The notes under the pieces are model-generated. The model was not told where the DNA came from and searched no databases. It was given only the letters and a program-made list of their open reading frames with translations. Shown here in pieces: positions 9,070 through 18,739 of a stretch of DNA of 64,000 bases. How positions within the stretch are numbered: the first letter of the stretch is position 1; each line of letters starts with the position of its first letter. The DNA comes from an uncultured bacterium (GTDB lineage Bacteria > Cyanobacteriota > Vampirovibrionia > Gastranaerophilales > Gastranaerophilaceae). The DNA lies in NCBI GenBank assembly GCA_949292175.1, contig CASEYJ010000006.1, positions 13,387 to 77,386 of the forward strand, read 5' to 3'. The translations under genes were made by a program, and so were the position numbers.

Positions 9070-10183
9070 TTCCTTCTGCTGCGCAAAATGCTGTTGACCA
9101 GCAGTTTTGTAAATTAAATCCCCCGCAAAAACCGTCTATATCAATAACTTCACCACAAAAATAAACGTTTGGTGTTATTTTTGATTCCATTGTTTTAGGG
9201 TTAATTTCTTTTAAGTCGACTCCGCCGCAGGTGACGACTTCACCGTCTTTTGAAGCTGATTTGATTGTCAGGGTATAGTTGTGGAGTTTGTCTAGAATTT
9301 CATCTCTGGTTTTGCCGTCAATTTTGTGGCATTTTTGGTCAGGGTTATCTAAAATATGTTCTGCAAAACTTTTTGGAACGTATTCAGATAGTAAGTTTTT
9401 AATACTTTTATGCGGATTTTGATTCATTAGTTCCTGAAGATCAAAATCTGCGCATAAGTTAAAATGTAATTCGTACGGGAATTTATCTCTCGCTTTAATT
9501 GACGAAATTTTGTAAACTATCGGGCCGGAAATTCCTTTGTGGGTGAATAAAATATCACCTTCCATCCCTTCAGCTTTAACATTATTAATGCATACTCCTG
9601 CTATATCTGCCATGTTTTCTGTCGTGTTTAGTGCTGTAAGTGCAGGTTTTGGTTCAATAATTTTGTGACCGAGAGATTTTGCACTATCATATCCCGCGTG
9701 TCCGCCTGTTGCAATGATAACTTTGTCGAATCGGTAGCTCCCCATATCAGTTACGATTGTCAGCGGGTTTTGGTTTATTCTAAGAACCCGTTCTTTTTTA
9801 AAGTGAACTTTTTTTATAGCGGAGAGTAATTTTTCTCTGACATCTTTTGAACTGTTCGAAGTTGGGAAAATTCTCATATCAGGTTGAGTATATGTATTTA
9901 TTCCCATAGCCTCGAATGTGTCGATTGTATCTGAGGTTGAAAACTTTGAAAATATAGAATATAGAAACTTTTCGCCCCTTGGATAATTTTTTGCGAGTTC
10001 CCTAAAATCATATTCAGCATTAGCAAGATTACAACGGCCGCCTCCCGTTGGTAGTATTGTTCGCAGAGGTGAACCAAAATCAAAAATGGTTACATCAAAC
10101 TTGTTTTGCAAAAAATATGCACAAAAGCATCCGGCAGGTCCGCCTCCAATAATTCCTATTTTAAATGTCGACTCTTGTGCCAT
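9047..10183 (-). CDS. HI0933/BaiN-like NAD(P)/FAD-dependent oxidoreductase
   Basis: FAD dinucleotide fold IGIIGGGPAGCF, GGGRCNLAN, ATGGHAGYDS, C-terminal YFCGEVIDIDGFCGGFNLQ. Start moved to the ATG at 10183 (MAQESTFKIGIIGGG), which sits just before the Rossmann motif. Confidence 0.8.
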   Translation of the reverse strand: MAQESTFKIGIIGGGPAGCFCAYFLQNKFDVTIFDFGSPLRTILPTGGGRCNLANAEYDFRELAKNYPRGEKFLYSIFSKFSTSDTIDTFEAMGINTYTQPDMRIFPTSNSSKDVREKLLSAIKKVHFKKERVLRINQNPLTIVTDMGSYRFDKVIIATGGHAGYDSAKSLGHKIIEPKPALTALNTTENMADIAGVCINNVKAEGMEGDILFTHKGISGPIVYKISSIKARDKFPYELHFNLCADFDLQELMNQNPHKSIKNLLSEYVPKSFAEHILDNPDQKCHKIDGKTRDEILDKLHNYTLTIKSASKDGEVVTCGGVDLKEINPKTMESKITPNVYFCGEVIDIDGFCGGFNLQNCWSTAFCAAEGIIQASNN

Positions 10184-10667
10184 ATAAAAATACCATTTCA
10201 GGGTTTTCAAGATCGTTGTGAAGTTCGCTTATTGTTTTGTGCAGAACAGGATGTTCAAAATCCGGAATAAGTTCCAAAAGCGGGACTAATGTAAATGCTC
10301 GCAGATGAAGAAATTTGTGTGGTATTGTTAGATTTTCACCTTGTATAATCTCTTGTCCATAAAACAATATATCAATATCAATTGTTCTATCAGCGTAGCC
10401 TGCGGTCTCTTTTGGTGTTCTACCCAATTGTTTTTCAATTCGTTGGCATTCACTTAGCAGATCTTGTGGTGATAAGGACGTTTTTAGTTCTATAACTGCA
10501 TTGACAAACCAAGTATCTGTCGACATGTTCCAAGGTTCGGTTTCGTAAAATGCAGATGTTCTTATTATAGAGATATTTTCGGTAGAGTTAAGCAAACTGG
10601 TTGCTTGCTGAACATAACCAATTCTATCACCTTTATTTGAACCTAGACTAAGATAAACTATTGCCAT
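10161..10667 (-). CDS. folK: 2-amino-4-hydroxy-6-hydroxymethyldihydropteridine diphosphokinase (HPPK)
   Basis: VYLSLGSNKGDR, SAFYETEPW, IDIDILFYG, LTIPH...RAFTLVPL motifs. Confidence 0.88.
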   Translation of the reverse strand: MAIVYLSLGSNKGDRIGYVQQATSLLNSTENISIIRTSAFYETEPWNMSTDTWFVNAVIELKTSLSPQDLLSECQRIEKQLGRTPKETAGYADRTIDIDILFYGQEIIQGENLTIPHKFLHLRAFTLVPLLELIPDFEHPVLHKTISELHNDLENPEMVFLYGTRVDI

Positions 10668-10718
10668 AGCAATATTTTATTCATTTTTAAGTCCAATGTC
10701 AACAAATAATATTAAAGA

Positions 10719-11564
10719 TTATAATTTATATCTTATTACAGAATTGCCACCCTGCGAAGAAATAAATAGCAACCCATTGTCTAAGTGAAGGCAGTAAGGT
10801 TTAATTACGTGTCCTAAAACTTGTGTAATAGTTCCGGTCGGAGTAATTTTTACTACGTTATCTATATTGTAGTTTGCAACGTAAAGATTTCCTGCATCAT
10901 CAGAAACCATACCCATAGGACCGTTTAGTTTCGGGCTTTTTACGTAAATTTTTCTTTCTCCCAGCGGTGTAATTTTGATAATTGAGTTATTACTAAAACT
11001 TGCAACGTAGACATTTCCGTTTTTATCAGTTGTGACTCCGGTAGGGCTTGTTAAGTTGCCGTAACTTCCGCTTGTTTGTGGAATTTTAGGTCTTTGAGCT
11101 TCCAATTTTGCTTGTTGCTCAGCTTTGATAGTTTGGATGTCTGTATTCATCAATGCTGCAAGTTGCTGTGCTTTTGTTATAACAGGACTTGTTGTAGGAA
11201 TTATTGACAAGTACTGCTTTGCATTATTGATTTGTCCCAATCTGTGACTGAGTGAAGCTGCATTATATACCGCTTCATAGTCGGTTGGTTTTCTTATCAT
11301 AATCTGTTTGAATACATTAAGGGCCTCAGCGTCCTTGTCCATTTGCTCATAAACTACACCTAGGTTGTAATACGCATCAATGTAGTTTGAATCAATGGCA
11401 ATTGCCTGTTGAAATGCTCCAACTGCTTCTTCGTATTCACCCATACGATAGAAATCTACACCACGATTGTACTGTAATTTTGCTTCATTGCTGATTTCAG
11501 CCGCAGAAATTGTACCTGCGGCTAAAACCATAATGAATGCTGTTGTTAATAATTTTTTCATCAT
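10719..11564 (-). CDS. Secreted TPR + NHL-repeat protein
   Basis: Signal peptide MMKKLLTTAFIMVLAAGTISAAE, three TPR-like units (YNRGVDFYRMGEYEEAVGAFQQAIAID...), and C-terminal NHL-type repeats (SPTGVTTDKNGNVYVASFSNNSIIKI; GPMGMVSDDAGNLYVANYNIDNVVKI). Confidence 0.75.
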   Translation of the reverse strand: MMKKLLTTAFIMVLAAGTISAAEISNEAKLQYNRGVDFYRMGEYEEAVGAFQQAIAIDSNYIDAYYNLGVVYEQMDKDAEALNVFKQIMIRKPTDYEAVYNAASLSHRLGQINNAKQYLSIIPTTSPVITKAQQLAALMNTDIQTIKAEQQAKLEAQRPKIPQTSGSYGNLTSPTGVTTDKNGNVYVASFSNNSIIKITPLGERKIYVKSPKLNGPMGMVSDDAGNLYVANYNIDNVVKITPTGTITQVLGHVIKPYCLHLDNGLLFISSQGGNSVIRYKL

Positions 11565-11566
11565 AA

Positions 11567-13429
11567 TTATATTTCACTTAACTCTTCAATTAACTTGTGA
11601 TTTTTATGTGCAAACTCTTCTCCTCTTGCTATTATAGCAAGTTTTAAGATATTTGCAAGATTAATTGTATTAAGTGATTGGAAATTGTCCGGTAAACGCA
11701 AGCTCCAGTTTGCATCTCCGGCTGTTCCAGGTCTGTTGTATACATCGTAAATGTTGAAGTAATCAGTAAAGAACATTTGAATATTTTCTGCTTTTGATGC
11801 AAAAATTTCAACCAACTTAGTCTGAGCTAAGAATTCTGCGTTCTTTGTCAATTCAACGATTAATGCGTCTTTATCAGACCAATCAGGGAAGGCTAAGTCT
11901 TCAACCAAGTTTTTAACATGTAGATATCCTTCGTGAGTATTTACCATTGAATCTGCCCACATTTTGATTGGTTCATTGTCATGTGTTCCGACCATAGCCC
12001 AGCATTTTTCATCAATATTTTTGCAACGATATGGATCAAGAGGTTTTTCAGGTTCAGTAAATTGTGTTAATCTCATTCCCTGCAAGCCATATTCTTTCAT
12101 TACAGCTGCAACAGGATTTGTTAGTGTACCTAAGTCTTCACAAACAATAGCGTTTTTGTCTAATCCTTCTTCTTTTGCTGCTGCAATTACAATTTTTTCT
12201 ATTAATCTTCCGTACAATTTGATTTGTTTTTTAGATAAAGTTTTTACACGTTTTTCTTTATCTGCTTCAAGTTCCATATCCAAATCATCCATTGTTGCAA
12301 TTGCAAATTTCTTCAAGAACGGATGTTCAGGTGATGAATATAATCTGCCTGCACCTTCTTCAATTTTTGGTTTTTTGCCGGCTTTATATACCCAAGGATC
12401 GATTAACCCTACGATGTGGTCAATTCTTACACCACCAGGGTTTTCCTTGAACATTTTTTTGAATAAATTTTTCATCAAAATGCCGCCTTCATCTAATGAA
12501 CCGTCTGCCTTATATAATTTTTCAGGATTCATTACAGGGAAGCCCCAAGCTTGACCGTCTTTTGAGAAGTAATCCGGAGGACAACCTAACATCCAACCTT
12601 CCAAGAAGAGTGATTGGTATGCCCAGCAATCTCTGTCTGAGAATGCAACTTGACGGTCAGCAATCATTTTAATGTCTTTTTTCTTTGCATATTCCAAAGT
12701 TTTTTGGTTTTGTTTTTCCAAAACAAATTGGACAAATTTATAAAAGTCTATTTCATCAGCGTATTTTTTAGAAATTTCTTCAATTCTCTTGCCATATTCA
12801 AGTCCTTGTTCTATTGATTTTGGATTGAATAAGTTTTTATCTGTTTCAGAATTCCATAATGGCCAGTAATCGTTGCCATGTTCAATTGATAGAGCTTCAT
12901 ATAAACTATCTTTGTCTAACCAAGAGTCATTTTCTCTCTTGTAGATATCAAATTCTTTCATCAACTTCTTATTATTTTTTTCTTTGAAGTTGCTCCAAGC
13001 TTCTCTTAATGCTTCATTTTGTTTTCTGTAAATGTAAGAGTATGCTGTTTTATTTGTATCTTTATTTGGATTATTGGCTACTATATCGTTGTATGTTTCA
13101 ACTGATAAAATATTTAGCCATTCTTTTTCAGTTAATTGTTTTAAGTCAATGAATAAAGGGTTTCCTGAAAAAATTGTTCCTGTGTATGGTGAAGAATCAC
13201 AACCTTTTGTTTTTCCGGCAGGTCCAAGCTGTATAGAATTAAATATTCCGCTTGCCCAATCTATAATTTCTTTACCGCCATTAGAATTTATTGTTCCAAA
13301 TCCGGTATTTTCACCTTCTGCAGAAGGAAAACTTCCACTGTGCATAATGAATGCAAAGTTCTTCTTTCCTAAAACTTTTAAAGCTTTTTCAATAGTTTTT
13401 GTCGCATTTTTTTCTAAAGTGCAAACCAT
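11567..13429 (-). CDS. malQ: 4-alpha-glucanotransferase (GH77 amylomaltase)
   Basis: GH77 motifs SSPY, GVRIDHIVGL, CEDLGT, GTHDN. Confidence 0.88.
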   Translation of the reverse strand: MVCTLEKNATKTIEKALKVLGKKNFAFIMHSGSFPSAEGENTGFGTINSNGGKEIIDWASGIFNSIQLGPAGKTKGCDSSPYTGTIFSGNPLFIDLKQLTEKEWLNILSVETYNDIVANNPNKDTNKTAYSYIYRKQNEALREAWSNFKEKNNKKLMKEFDIYKRENDSWLDKDSLYEALSIEHGNDYWPLWNSETDKNLFNPKSIEQGLEYGKRIEEISKKYADEIDFYKFVQFVLEKQNQKTLEYAKKKDIKMIADRQVAFSDRDCWAYQSLFLEGWMLGCPPDYFSKDGQAWGFPVMNPEKLYKADGSLDEGGILMKNLFKKMFKENPGGVRIDHIVGLIDPWVYKAGKKPKIEEGAGRLYSSPEHPFLKKFAIATMDDLDMELEADKEKRVKTLSKKQIKLYGRLIEKIVIAAAKEEGLDKNAIVCEDLGTLTNPVAAVMKEYGLQGMRLTQFTEPEKPLDPYRCKNIDEKCWAMVGTHDNEPIKMWADSMVNTHEGYLHVKNLVEDLAFPDWSDKDALIVELTKNAEFLAQTKLVEIFASKAENIQMFFTDYFNIYDVYNRPGTAGDANWSLRLPDNFQSLNTINLANILKLAIIARGEEFAHKNHKLIEELSEI

Positions 13430-13601
13430 ATTTAACCCTTTCTCCTTATAAACTATAACAATAACAAGTTGATGGTAGCATGAGCGTTTAGTTTTTGCAA
13501 GGGTTAAAAGGGACTAAAATGCTTTATTTATTATAATTTAACATAAATCCTTCCTCATTTTTATGAAGAAGGATTTAGTGATTATAATCTTTAGAATAAT
13601 A

Positions 13602-16412
13602 TTAGCTTATTGCATTAACGCAATCTTCGCAAATACCATTCGCATTTAATTTTCTGTATTTCCAGCAGCGTTCACATTTTTCGCCTTCTGCTTTTGTAAC
13701 CCAAACAGTAATATCATCTTCCTGATATTCGTTGAGTACATCGCTTGGTTTTTCATCTGTTACGTGTGCTTGTGATGTGATGAAGATATTACACAATTCA
13801 TCTTCATTTGCTTTTAGAACGCTATTATCTTTTGTGCTTATGTGAACTGCAACTTCCAATGAGCTTCCAACTTTTTTGTCAGCTCTTAACGGTTCAATTG
13901 CACGGCTAACTACTTCACGAGTCTTAAGTATTTTGTTAAAGTTGTTTTCTAACTCTTCGTTGTTCCATTCAGTATGGATTTCAGGCCAAGAAGTTAGAAG
14001 AACGCTAATAATACCGTCTTTTTGACATTCAGGAATACTCATCCAAATATCTTCTGCTTGGTGTGGCATTACAGGTACCAATAGTCTTACAAGTGTTTGC
14101 AAGATTTCGTACATAACAGTTTGGCAAGCTCTACGTGAAAGTGATTTTTTGCCTGCTGTATATAGTCTGTCTTTTACAATATCAAGATAGAATGAACTTA
14201 AATCAACAGCTGCAAAGTTTTGAAGTTGTTGGAAATATTTGTAAAATTCATAATTTTCAAATGCTTCAGTTACATTTGTGATAAGCTGATTAAGTTTGTG
14301 CAATGCAAATTTGTCAAGTTCTTTCAAATCTTTGTATTCAACATAGTCAACGGCAGGATCAAAATCAAACAAGTTACCAAGTAAGAATCTTGATGTATTT
14401 CTTGTTTTCTTGAAGATTTCAACCAGTTGTTTTACGATATTATCGCCGATTTTTGTATCGTTTCTGTAATCAACTGATGCTGCCCAAAGTCTTAATATAT
14501 CAGCTCCATAGTTCTTGATAATATCATCAGGTCTAATGTAGTTTCCTAAAGATTTTGACATCTTACGTCCGTCTTCACCAAATACAAAACCGTGAGTCAA
14601 AACTTGCTTGTAAGGAGCTTTACCTTCAGTCGCAACAGCAGTCAGAAGTGATGATTGGAACCATCCTCTGTGTTGGTCAGATCCTTCAAGGTACATATCA
14701 ACAGGAATTGTTCCCAATTCTGATGAGCGTTTTTCTACAACTGCTCTCCAGCTGATACCTGAATCAAACCATACATCCATAATATCGTTTTCTTTTTTCA
14801 AATGTGTTTTTCCGCATTTAGGGCAAACAAAACCTTTTGGAAGTAATTCTTCTGCACTGTATTTTACCCATGCATCAGAACTTTCTTTTTCAAATATTTC
14901 TGCAATGTGTTCTATTGTTTCATCTGTTACGATAACTTCTCCGCAATCTTCACAATAGAATACAGGAATTGGAACACCCCAAGTACGTTGTCTTGAAATA
15001 CACCAGTCTGAACGGTTGCTTACCATATTTGAAATTCTTGCTTCTCCACCTGCAGGAATCCATTTTACATTTTTGATTGCTTCAAGAGCTTCATCTCTAA
15101 ATTTGTCAACCTTTACAAACCATTGTGGAGTTGCACGATAAATTACAGGATTCTTACATCTCCAGCAATGTGGATAACTGTGATTGATATCTTGTTGAGC
15201 AAGAAGTGCTCCGCAATTTTGCAATTTTTCTATAACAATTTTATTTCCTTTGTAGTATGGAACTCCTTCCAAATCCTTATCTTTTACTTGTTCAGTCCAT
15301 ACACCCTTGCTATCAAGTGGTGAAAATACTTCAATATTGTATTTGCAGCAAACTTCATAGTCTTCAAGACCGTGTCCTGGAGCTGTGTGTACTGAACCGG
15401 TACCTGCATCCAAAGTTACGTGTTCTCCAAGTAGAATTGGTGATTTTCTGTCTACTAGCGGATGCTTTGTGTTCAAAAGTTCTAATTCTTGACCTTGGCA
15501 AGAGCCTAGAACTTTAATATCTTTTTCATCCCAGCTTACGTCAGATAAGAAAGATGCAAGCAGTTCTTGTGCTGCTATGTAGATGTCACCGTTGTATTCG
15601 AAGAATGTATATTCAAATTTAGGGTGAACACTGATTGCCATATTTGAAGGAATTGTCCAAGGAGTTGTTGTCCAGATAACTGCATACAAATCTTTGTTAC
15701 TTTCAATTCCTGCAGCTTTTAAAGCTTTCTTTTTATCTTCTTCTTCGAACTTAAATCTTACATATATAGAAGTTGATGTATGATCTGCGTATTCAACTTC
15801 AGCTTCTGCTAAAGCTGTTTCACAAGATGCACACCAATATACAGGTTTCAAGCCTTTTTCAATATAACCCTTTTTGTACATTTCGCCAAAAACTCTTACC
15901 TGTTCAGCTTCGTATTCAGGGTTAATTGTCAAGTAAGGGTGTTCCCAATCTCCCCAAACGCCAAGACGTTTGAATTCACTTTCTTGTCCTTTTAGGTTTT
16001 TGTGTGCGAATTCTCTGCATTTTTGACGCAATTCGTAAGGAGTCAACGCACTTCTTCCACCCTTAATTTCTTTTACAACTTTGTTTTCAATAGGCAAACC
16101 GTGTCCGTCGTATCCAGGTACATATGGAGCATAGTAGCCTTTTTGAGATTTATACTTAATCAAAATATCTTTTAAAATTTTATTCAATGCAGTTCCGACG
16201 TGAATTTTTTCACTGCTCAAGTATGGAGGTCCATCGTGCAGGATAAATTTATTGGTTTTATCTTTATTGGATATACTTTTTTCGTAAATATGGTTTTCTT
16301 CCCAGAATTTTTGAATTTTAAGTTCTCTGACGGTTGCGTTTGCTCTCATTGCAAGACTCGTCTGAGGCAAGTTCAAAGTGTCTTTGTATTCTGTTTTCAC
16401 GTCATTACTCAT
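13602..16412 (-). CDS. ileS: Isoleucine--tRNA ligase
   Basis: Class I HIGH-type region (PPYLSSEKIHVGTALN), KMSKSLGN, C-terminal CERCWKY...CEDC zinc motif, 936 aa. Confidence 0.96.
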   Translation of the reverse strand: MSNDVKTEYKDTLNLPQTSLAMRANATVRELKIQKFWEENHIYEKSISNKDKTNKFILHDGPPYLSSEKIHVGTALNKILKDILIKYKSQKGYYAPYVPGYDGHGLPIENKVVKEIKGGRSALTPYELRQKCREFAHKNLKGQESEFKRLGVWGDWEHPYLTINPEYEAEQVRVFGEMYKKGYIEKGLKPVYWCASCETALAEAEVEYADHTSTSIYVRFKFEEEDKKKALKAAGIESNKDLYAVIWTTTPWTIPSNMAISVHPKFEYTFFEYNGDIYIAAQELLASFLSDVSWDEKDIKVLGSCQGQELELLNTKHPLVDRKSPILLGEHVTLDAGTGSVHTAPGHGLEDYEVCCKYNIEVFSPLDSKGVWTEQVKDKDLEGVPYYKGNKIVIEKLQNCGALLAQQDINHSYPHCWRCKNPVIYRATPQWFVKVDKFRDEALEAIKNVKWIPAGGEARISNMVSNRSDWCISRQRTWGVPIPVFYCEDCGEVIVTDETIEHIAEIFEKESSDAWVKYSAEELLPKGFVCPKCGKTHLKKENDIMDVWFDSGISWRAVVEKRSSELGTIPVDMYLEGSDQHRGWFQSSLLTAVATEGKAPYKQVLTHGFVFGEDGRKMSKSLGNYIRPDDIIKNYGADILRLWAASVDYRNDTKIGDNIVKQLVEIFKKTRNTSRFLLGNLFDFDPAVDYVEYKDLKELDKFALHKLNQLITNVTEAFENYEFYKYFQQLQNFAAVDLSSFYLDIVKDRLYTAGKKSLSRRACQTVMYEILQTLVRLLVPVMPHQAEDIWMSIPECQKDGIISVLLTSWPEIHTEWNNEELENNFNKILKTREVVSRAIEPLRADKKVGSSLEVAVHISTKDNSVLKANEDELCNIFITSQAHVTDEKPSDVLNEYQEDDITVWVTKAEGEKCERCWKYRKLNANGICEDCVNAIS

Positions 16413-16418
16413 TCTTCT

Positions 16419-17762
16419 CTATCCTTCTTTTATATTAATTTCTTCCTTCACTAATTCTTTTTGAGGAGCATAATTTTTTGCTAAGGCTCCAATTTTTTGA
16501 GAGTTATTTTCTTCATTGCTCTCAAGAACAAATTCTCTCATTTTGTTGTAATTAAATACATTTTCCCATCTTGCAATAACTACTGTTGCAACGCAGTTAC
16601 CGACCAAGTTAACTGTTGTTCTGCCCATATCCAATATTTGGTCAATTCCAAGTAAGATTGCAACGCCAACAATTGGGATATTGAAACTTGCTAATGTACC
16701 GGCTAATACGATTAATGAAGCTCTAGGAACTCCGGCAACACCTTTACTTGTTAACATTAGAGCAAGCATAATGATGATTTGCTGATTCAAATCAAGATTA
16801 ATACCAACTAATTGAGATGAGAATATTACTGCCATTGCAAGATACAATGTACTTCCGTCAAGATTGAATGTGTATCCTGTTGGCATAACAAATCCAACAA
16901 TATTTTTTGGAACCCCGAAGCGTTCCATAATTTCCATAGCTTTAGGGAAAGCTGCTTCTGAACTTGCTGTTGTAAATGCCAGAAGTGCAGGTTCCTGTAA
17001 AGCTTTGATTAAACTTCTGAATGATATTTTTACCAGCTTGCAAACTATGAACAATACTAATAAAACAAATATTGCAAATGCCAAATACAATGCACCGATT
17101 ACTTTAAAGTAATTTTTAAGTACGGCTAACCCGTTTGCACCAACAGTTGCTGCAATAGCTCCGAAAATTCCTAACGGTGCAAAGTACATAACGTATTCGG
17201 TAAATTTAAACATTATTTGTGATACTGAATTTAAAAAGTCCAGCACAGGGCGGGCTTTTTCTTTACAAGCACACATTGCAATTGCAAAGAATATTGAAAA
17301 TACAACTATTTGCAATAAATTACCTTGTGACATAGCGTCAAACAAGCTTGTTGGGAAAATATTTGTAATCATTTCTCCAACTGAAGTGTGAGCGTGTGTA
17401 GCTGCCAATAGCCCTGCGGTTTGCATTTGAACTGCGTGTTCTGAAGTCCCCATAACAAAGCCTACACCCGGCTTGAAAATGTTAGCCATTGATAGCCCGA
17501 TAACAAGGGCCAGTGTAGTTACGACTTCAAAATATATAATGGTTTTTAAACCTATTTTACCAAGGCTTTTTGCATCACCGTGTCCGGCTATCCCAACAAC
17601 TAATGTCGCAAATAGTAAAGGTGCAATAATCATCTTTACCATACGTAAAAATATCGCCGCAAACGGGTGCATTTTTACAGCAAACTCAGGGGCAAAATGT
17701 CCTGTAATAATACCCAAAATAAGCGCTACAAATATTAGGGCTGTTAATTTAGAATGTTTCAA
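16419..17762 (-). CDS. Dicarboxylate/amino acid:cation symporter (DAACS, GltP/DctA-like)
   Basis: Polytopic membrane protein with DAACS-type motifs (AFTTASSEAAFP, PTGYTFNLDGSTLY, GVPRASLIVL). Its stop is only 6 nt upstream of the ileS start. Confidence 0.85.
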   Translation of the reverse strand: MKHSKLTALIFVALILGIITGHFAPEFAVKMHPFAAIFLRMVKMIIAPLLFATLVVGIAGHGDAKSLGKIGLKTIIYFEVVTTLALVIGLSMANIFKPGVGFVMGTSEHAVQMQTAGLLAATHAHTSVGEMITNIFPTSLFDAMSQGNLLQIVVFSIFFAIAMCACKEKARPVLDFLNSVSQIMFKFTEYVMYFAPLGIFGAIAATVGANGLAVLKNYFKVIGALYLAFAIFVLLVLFIVCKLVKISFRSLIKALQEPALLAFTTASSEAAFPKAMEIMERFGVPKNIVGFVMPTGYTFNLDGSTLYLAMAVIFSSQLVGINLDLNQQIIIMLALMLTSKGVAGVPRASLIVLAGTLASFNIPIVGVAILLGIDQILDMGRTTVNLVGNCVATVVIARWENVFNYNKMREFVLESNEENNSQKIGALAKNYAPQKELVKEEINIKEG

Positions 17763-17840
17763 TTTGGTACCTCAATAGGATTATATATCAAACATACGAT
17801 TCAGCCCATTTTATTGATTGTATTTTTAATAAAAGTTAAA

Positions 17841-17866
17841 AAAAGGAAGACTTATATCTTCCTTTT
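17841..17866 (-). terminator. Hairpin terminator after the pilin-like gene (usable in both directions)
   Basis: AAAAGGAAGA (17841-17850) pairs with TCTTCCTTTT (17857-17866): 10-bp stem, 6-nt loop. It is flanked by an A-run on the plus strand, which reads as a T-run on the minus strand. Confidence 0.75.
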
Positions 17867-17871
17867 TCTAC

Positions 17872-18522
17872 TTAGTCATATTTTGGATTAAGTTTATCAC
17901 TTGTTGCAAATTCTTTATACAATTTCCCTTCAGGAGTTATGTGATACAAAAATTTGTCAGGTTTTGGACAGGTAGGTCCATAAAAACAGTTTGGTCCTTT
18001 TTCGTCTGATGTCTTAAAAATGATATTTTGAGCAGTATTTGTCGAAAAATCACTTATAGGCATTTTCCATTCAATTCCGTCTATAGATTTAAAACTGTAT
18101 TCGGAAGAATTTGGGTTTGCCGCAGTTGCAGTACATTTAACAGTTGTTCCAGGGTATAAATTGAATTTACTTGCCATCAATTTGCAGAATTTTGTTTCCC
18201 CTGCGTACGTTATGTTATCTTCAATTACAGCACTTGTATTTCTTAGTCCATATTTATATTGGTCTGTTGGCAATGGTATATCTCCGTCCGGGCCTGACTG
18301 TGTCGTCAGTACAGGATAGTATTCTTCACTGTTAACAAGATCTGAAACCGTATGTTCCAGCATATAGTCACCTTTCTTATGTAAGGATTCCGTTTTGCTT
18401 GGAATTGTCAGGTACAAAATAGGTATTGTTACTGCTGCAACAACCCCAATAATGCCAAGTGTAATTAGCGCTTCACCCAATGAAAACCCTGACTTGTTTT
18501 TATTCTCAATTCTGTTATTCAT
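17872..18522 (-). CDS. Type IV pilin/pseudopilin-like protein (prepilin-type N-terminal cleavage/methylation domain)
   Basis: N-terminus ...NKSGFSLGEALITLGIIGVVAAVTIPIL contains the G|F cleavage site, Glu at +5 and a hydrophobic helix. The C-terminal domain is Cys-containing and globular. Confidence 0.8.
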   Translation of the reverse strand: MNNRIENKNKSGFSLGEALITLGIIGVVAAVTIPILYLTIPSKTESLHKKGDYMLEHTVSDLVNSEEYYPVLTTQSGPDGDIPLPTDQYKYGLRNTSAVIEDNITYAGETKFCKLMASKFNLYPGTTVKCTATAANPNSSEYSFKSIDGIEWKMPISDFSTNTAQNIIFKTSDEKGPNCFYGPTCPKPDKFLYHITPEGKLYKEFATSDKLNPKYD

Positions 18523-18739
18523 TTTTACCCTCTTGATATAACTCTTATATGTTTATTATACTTCTTTTTTCTCTTTTACACAAGTCATTATTTTTTAGGA
18601 GTTTTTTTGATTACATTTCGTAATAATTAATTGTTATGTTCTTGCCTTTAATTTCGTAATTGTAATACAATGAATAATGAAACATGTTTATTTTTGGCAT
18701 GGGAATTTTTACTATATAGGGATATAAACGGAGGTTAGT

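Noticed and set aside
11964-12554. 196-aa plus-strand ORF inside malQ, and similar long antisense ORFs (e.g. 7086-7490, 6258-6623, 13074-13451, 48142-48576, 31853-32194)
   Set aside because: Each lies entirely within a confidently identified gene on the other strand. Each has the skewed S/F/L/I-rich composition typical of antisense frames in AT-rich genomes.
16413-16418. T-box or other leader upstream of ileS
   Set aside because: ileS starts 6 nt after the stop of the upstream symporter gene, so there is no room for a leader. ileS appears to be co-transcribed.
18523-18739. Looked for a cobalamin riboswitch or NrdR box upstream of nrdJ
   Set aside because: No B12-box-like element or conserved riboswitch helices are evident. 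The only NrdR-like string (ACTATATAGG near 18711-18720) has a CTATATAG core two bases shorter than the 16-bp NrdR palindrome as I remember it.
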